Shown here in pieces: positions 55,769 through 64,000 of a DNA stretch of 64,000 nt. A program made the position numbers and the translations under genes. Location: assembly GCF_009914755.1 (NCBI RefSeq), contig NC_060933.1; one strand, written 5' to 3'. Under the pieces are notes generated by a model. The model saw only the letters and a program-made list of their open reading frames with translations. It made no database searches and was not told where the DNA came from. How positions within the stretch are numbered: position 1 is the first letter of the stretch; the number at the start of each line of letters is the position of its first letter. The stretch is from the human T2T-CHM13v2.0 reference genome, Homo sapiens.

Positions 55769-56587
55769 GGACTTATAATTTTTAAAAAGACCCCTGATAA
55801 AAGAAGAAAAATACTTTTCTTCTTTTGGCCAATAAACATTTGAAAGGATGTTCAACCCCAATAGTAATTAAAGAAACAACTGTAAACAAAGATGATGTAT
55901 TATTTTTCATTTATCAGTCCACCAAAGATAACTAGTTCCTGAGAATACGTGGTAAGAATATAAATTGCTATATTTCTGAAAGCAGTTTGTCAATTAAAAA
56001 GTATATGTACACTTTTGTCCAGCAATTCTATCTTTAGGAATTTATTTTAAGGGAATTACGAGGTGCTCAATGATGTTTACAAAAGTATTGTTTATTGATG
56101 GAAAAATTGGAAACAACTTAAATGGGGATTTGGTTTAATTATCGTGTAACCATTCAGTGGAATACTATGTATGTGTTAAAATGACTGTACATCTGAACTT
56201 ACTGCTGCAGAAAGATGTCCAAGATGTGCTAAAAGAGATACAGACAATGAGTAAATGAATGAATATGCGTAGAAAAATATGGAAACATATAAACCATGTT
56301 AATTGTGTTTTTCTGTATTTAGAGGGATTATGGCTGATCTTTTATTTTCTATTTATTTTTCTTGAAGTTTTAAAATAAGTATATAACCCGAATAAATAGA
56401 AGGAAAAAAAAAAAGCCTGTTCCCCAAAAGTGAAATTGGTTGTGGCAAAAATAAAACGTGTGTTCTATTGTGCTGTCTTTTGTAGTTACCAAAAATGATT
56501 TCAAATTAGAGTAGAAATATTACATAAACTGTAATTTATGAAATGGATCTGAAAAACATAAGAGAAATGATCAGTTAATAGTGTAAC

Positions 56588-56888
<301 letters not shown>

Positions 56889-57076
56889 AATAATCGTGTA
56901 ACATTTAAGAAGGCAAAAAGTAGAGCCTTCCATCAGTTTGGTTTACAATGAAAACCAGTTGCTTTAATTTGTCACCTTTCAAAATATGTCTTTCATTAGC
57001 CCTTAATCATTGGCAAGTTCTCACATGGAGCCTATCGGGGGGAGATGGGAGGTCTTGAACTTCCCTTCCAACCTGC

Positions 57077-57373
57077 TTTTGTTTTTTTGAGACAAGGTCT
57101 CACTCTGTCGCCTAGGCTGAAGTGCAGTGGCACAGTCAGCTCACTGCAGTCGTCTCGACCTCCTGGGCTCAGACAATCCTCCTGCCTCAGCCTCTGAATA
57201 GTAGGGACTGCAAGTATGCACTACCACACCTGGCTAATTTAAAACTTTTTTTTGCAGAGATGGGGTCTCGCTATGTTGCCCAGGCTGGTCTCAAACTCTA
57301 GGGCTCAAGCTAATCCTTCCTTCTTGGCCTCTTAAAGGGCTGGGATTACAGGCATGAGCCACCACGCCCTGCC
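57077..57373 (-). mobile_element. AluJ
   Basis: Dimer. Confidence 0.9.
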
Positions 57374-58627
57374 CTAACTCTCTTCTTACTGTTGAACCTA
57401 GGGCTCAAGGAGGCTTAGTGACATGTTAGGGATCTGGTAGGGATGCAAGAACTGCATAGGCGCAGAGTCCTTCCTACTCCGCCTGTGCGGGTGGTGTGGG
57501 GATGGGAGTATCAGGCCACTTGTTCCCAATATTTCTGTCATGCTGTGCTTGAAAATTTGTCAACAATGACTTGCTCTCTGGATTTAAGTGTTGTCTTTTT
57601 TCCTCTCTCTCCAGTCCTACAATGCTAGTTCCTTTGGGAAAATCATCTGATAAGTCACAAATACCTACATTGAGTGAATTTCCCCACATCTTCACCCTTG
57701 CAAACACAGAGGAAGGTCGTGTTTCATAGGCATATGCTGGTGTGTGGGACTTGAAGAGGGGAAACAATGCAGTTAGTTGGGGGTCAGTCCAAGAATGAGT
57801 CCTTGAACTTCACCATTTTGCTAAGACAGTGAACACAGGTTTTGGGGAGGATGAAATCATAATTTTTGATGCTAGAGCTGTTCACAGCTTTTTCTTTGAT
57901 GAATGACTCTCGTTCATGTGCTTAAAGATTTTCTTGGTGCTGTGAATTAAAACAGACTTTTGGCTTGAAAGAGTAAATTTATGAGATGTAGCTTGACCCA
58001 TTTTTATCTTGTACTTTAATTTCTGAGAACCATGACAGTCATATAGTGTGTATCCTCATAGGGAAAAATGGCTTATGTGAGACACGGTGTAATTTGTGCC
58101 AGTAAATGAGTAAAAATCTTGTTTTGGTAAAAATCAACTCAATTTTATTTAACATTGATTTTCATTATTAAAGTGCTGCAATCACATTTCAGAAAACTTT
58201 AAAAATTGAGAAAAAGGGATGAGATTATTAATATTTTTCTGCAATGCAATGGCATTTTTGTATTATTTCTAGATTTTTTCTTATCTGTCTAAAATATAAC
58301 AGTTCCAGGGTTGTGGTTTGGCAGAATGTGGCAAATTAAGCAAAACCTTTTCTATTTTCATCTAATCTGCCCCCGAAATGAGCAGTGATCTATTATCTTT
58401 ACTTTTTGTTTATTTCCTCTTTGGCAAAACTTGTCAGCATATTTAGCAGAAGGTGGAGACAATTTCTTTTCACAGATTTGGATTTAGTAGCAATATCCTA
58501 AGTGGATTTTTTCTGCTAAAAGAAATTGTTAGAGTTAAGCTTGGAGGAAATGAATCAAATGTTTCTAAACAATTCTGGGGGATAGTTGAATTCTATTTCC
58601 TGACGGTAGGGAAAAAAAAAAACTGGC

Positions 58628-58707
58628 TTTTTTTTTTTTTTTTTTTTTTTTTTTGAGACGGAGTCTCGCTCTGTCACCCAGGCTGGAGTGCAGTGGTGCA
58701 ATCTTGG
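58628..58707 (-). mobile_element. Severely 5'-truncated Alu (~53 bp + T27) with TSD aaaactggc
   Basis: TSD at 58619-58627 and 58708-58716. Confidence 0.9.
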
Positions 58708-58927
58708 AAAACTGGCATTTTTATTCCAGCTCGTTGAATTTTTAACTGGGCTAAGTGTCCCAGACTGGTCTATTCTGTGTTGGTAAACTCTGCCATTTGG
58801 CTGTTGTGTTTGGTGGAAGGAAAATATGATCTTGCCTAGTTTGGTTATTCTAAGAGCTTTTTTCCTTCCCTTCAGCCAAGATATGCTATTCCCTTATGCT
58901 TATTTTTTTCCATTCTCTTCTTTGCAG

Positions 58928-59038
58928 AGTACTCGGGTGGAGTTTGACCTGCCAGAATATTCTGTTCGTCGAAGATACCAGGATTTTGACTGGTTGAGGA
59001 GCAAACTGGAAGAATCCCAGCCCACTCATCTCATTCCC
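58928..59038 (+). CDS. SNX30: SNX30 coding exon (exon 3), 111 nt, phase 0-0, PX domain core [37 protein letters not shown]
   Basis: Acceptor ...ttctcttctttgcag|, donor CCC|gtaggt; PX signature VRRRYxDFxWL; in frame with the preceding exon. Confidence 0.95.
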
Positions 59039-59422
59039 GTAGGTAGTAAGTCACTACAGCTTGTTTCTCACTTGTCCTGTGTTGTCTTTCCTGAAGGGGT
59101 TCACTCAACTCTCATCCCTTAAGTTATACAGACTCACCCAGCAAACATATATAAAACATGTTAACGGACACTGTATACAATACTTCACCTATTAGGTTTT
59201 AGTTTCTGATTTGGTATATAGAAAGCCAGTTTTGCGGCTGGCTGGGCTTTCTTTAGCCACAGCGGCAGAAATCTAGCACAGAATCCATTGCCACAGTTTT
59301 TCATTTAAAAAACAAGAAACCACCTAACACTGTTTATTGAAGCAACGTGACATTTATCTACTCCAGCGCTTCCATCTGCACAGTTTTTAAAAAACAGAAC
59401 CAGAGCAAAAGAAATTTAAATC

Positions 59423-59750
59423 TTTTTTTTTTTTTTTTTTGAGACAGAGTCGCACTCTCTTGCCCAGGCAGGTGCGCAATGGCATGATCGCAGCTCACTG
59501 CAACCTCCGACTCCCAGGTTCAAGTGGATCACCTGCCCCTACCAGGTTCAAGTGGATCACCTGCCCCAGCCTTCTGGGTAGCTGGGATTACAGGCGTATG
59601 CCACCACGCCCAGCTAGTTTTTGTATTTTTAGTAGAGATGGGGTTTTGCCATATTGGCCAGGCTGGTCTTGAACTCCTGATCTCAGGTGATCCACCGACC
59701 TCAGCCTCCCAAAGTGCCGGGATTACGGGTGTGAGCCACCGTGCCTGGCC
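59423..59750 (-). mobile_element. Alu (AluSp-like) with internal 26-bp duplication
   Basis: Dimer; duplication at 59514-59567. Confidence 0.92.
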
Positions 59751-60284
59751 TCAACATTTATATTGAGTACTTTTCTGACTACTTTTGTTAAAAGTAGAAA
59801 TAATAACGGTTTGGACACCAGATGTTTCTTTGGGCCTTGGGGGCTTTAGAGCAGTTTGAGTCATAAAACTCCTCAGAGGGGCTGATTTATCTTTCAGCAA
59901 AAACCTTTGTTGAATGATAACTTCCTAGGACTACCAACTTTCTGTTACTACCGCATCTCCCAGCCTTTTTCCCCCCATGGTTAGAAGAGGCTGTGTATGT
60001 TGTGAATGCACTGGCAGTTTTCTCAGTTTTCAGGGTGAAAAGAGCCACGTTGCCAGTACTGTGATAGGAACGATGGCTCTCACCTGGGACTCAGTTCTTT
60101 CTCAGGGTATCTCCTTTTTCCTCCACATACTTTTCTGTTCTCCGAGCCTGAAGTTTTGCTTTTTCTGTCTTCTAACCACTTAAAAACATGCCTGAAGAGG
60201 AAACAGTAGTTTTTAAACAGTTGGGAATATTCCTTAAAATAGAATCTTAAGGTGGCAAAATAGGCAGTTAGTGAATAATTTTTA

Positions 60285-61210
<926 letters not shown>

Positions 61211-61744
61211 CATGCATCAGGGAGCTGCCCTCCTGGCAGCTGGTGCCTGTGAGGTTGATACTGGAAGCGCAAAGGTAAGACAGTGACACCTGCTGGTTGA
61301 AACATAGTGTCTACTCTTCCATAGACACTAGAAGAGAATGGAAGAATTTCCGGAATGCCCAAAGTGGATCCAGAATATCTTTAAGTGTGGTTTCTGATGG
61401 TCTGGATAGAAGCAGTTGGTAGGAAGCTACTTTAGAAACAAGCAGAAACTTAATTTTTTTTTCATAAATTCTTGGTACTTGCATATCTGGAGTGGAGAGA
61501 GATTTAATATGGGAGAGCCTCTCTGATTTAAGTATGAAAGTCAAACCAGCAACCAACCCCCCTCATCCGCTACAAAAAAATTTTGTAGTAGCTTTGCTAG
61601 GAGGTGTCTGTCTGTTATTTAAGTGTCATCTTTGGGAGGAAGAGAGGATGGGATGAGAAGGTTATAAGGAAGACAAAGGACCCCTGCCTTGGGGAACTTA
61701 TTATCAGTTGGAGACCCAGCAAACATGCAGAAATGTTCATTTCC

Positions 61745-63439
<1,695 letters not shown>

Positions 63440-63867
63440 AAGAGTAACCATATGTTCTTAAAATGCCTTCTTGGAACCAGAAGTATGCTGGTTGTATATG
63501 TTTGTCATCTCATAACAGCAGTTCACTGTGTTTTTCTTCATTATGTAATAGTTGGAGCTGCCAGAAAGTCTTCATTATGACTTTTTCCCTCTGTTTTTTT
63601 TAAAGCTTTTTTGAGATATAATGGATATACAGAATAGCCTTGCACATATTTAATGCATACGATTCGATAGGCTTGTATGTACCCCTGATACCATCACCAC
63701 AATCAAGGTAATAAACAGATCCATCACCTTCACAAGTTTTCTTTTGTCCCTTTGCTGTTTTTTTTTTTTTGTAAGAACCTGTAACATAAGATGTACATAA
63801 TGTGTAACATGAACATGTAACATAAGATCTCTCGTCTTATCACATTTTACAGCATGCAACACCATAC

Positions 63868-64000
63868 AGTCATTCCCCCTTATTTGTGGTTTTGCTTTCC
63901 ATGGTTTCAGTTACCTGTAGACCAAAAATATGACATGGAAAATTCCAAAAATAAACAGTTCATAAGTTTTACATTGTTTGCTGTTCTGAATAGTGTGATG
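63868..64000. mobile_element. MER44/Tigger7-like DNA transposon, running off the window
   Basis: cagtcattcccccttat...ggttttgctttccatggtttcagttacc...ggaaaattcc. Confidence 0.75.

Noticed and set aside
58826-59122. 98-aa ORF containing the PX motif, as a stand-alone gene
   Set aside because: It is exon 3 plus flanking intron read-through; splice sites delimit 58928-59038.
61570-61589. Small hairpin ctacaaaa...ttttgtag
   Set aside because: 8-bp AT-rich stem, expected by chance in 64 kb.

Overview
Human (primate) genomic DNA. The whole window lies inside the SNX30 (sorting nexin-30, PX-BAR) gene on the + strand. It holds most of a long intron, coding exon 2 (46015-46206), intron 2, coding exon 3 (58928-59038) and the start of intron 3. 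Exon numbers and the chr9q32 location are from recall; exon 1 is not in the window. The dominant feature is a full-length LINE-1 (L1HS, Ta-1d diagnostics) on the - strand at about 39362-45396, with intact ORF1, ORF2, ORF0 and YY1 site. It inserted into the poly(A) tail of an older Alu, leaving nested target-site duplications (TSDs), and its antisense promoter points at SNX30 exon 2 only ~620 bp away. The most interesting hypothesis is a 'gene-breaking' arrangement: an antisense-L1 poly(A) signal could terminate SNX30 transcripts early, and the antisense promoter could restart them. One candidate L1 splice donor joins an L1 5'UTR ATG in frame to SNX30 exon 2. The rest is ~45 Alus (strongly skewed antisense to the gene), old L1/L2/MIR/LTR/DNA-transposon fragments and microsatellites. 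Nearly all other ORFs in the track are repeat-derived noise. Repeat boundaries were read by eye (about +/-10 bp).
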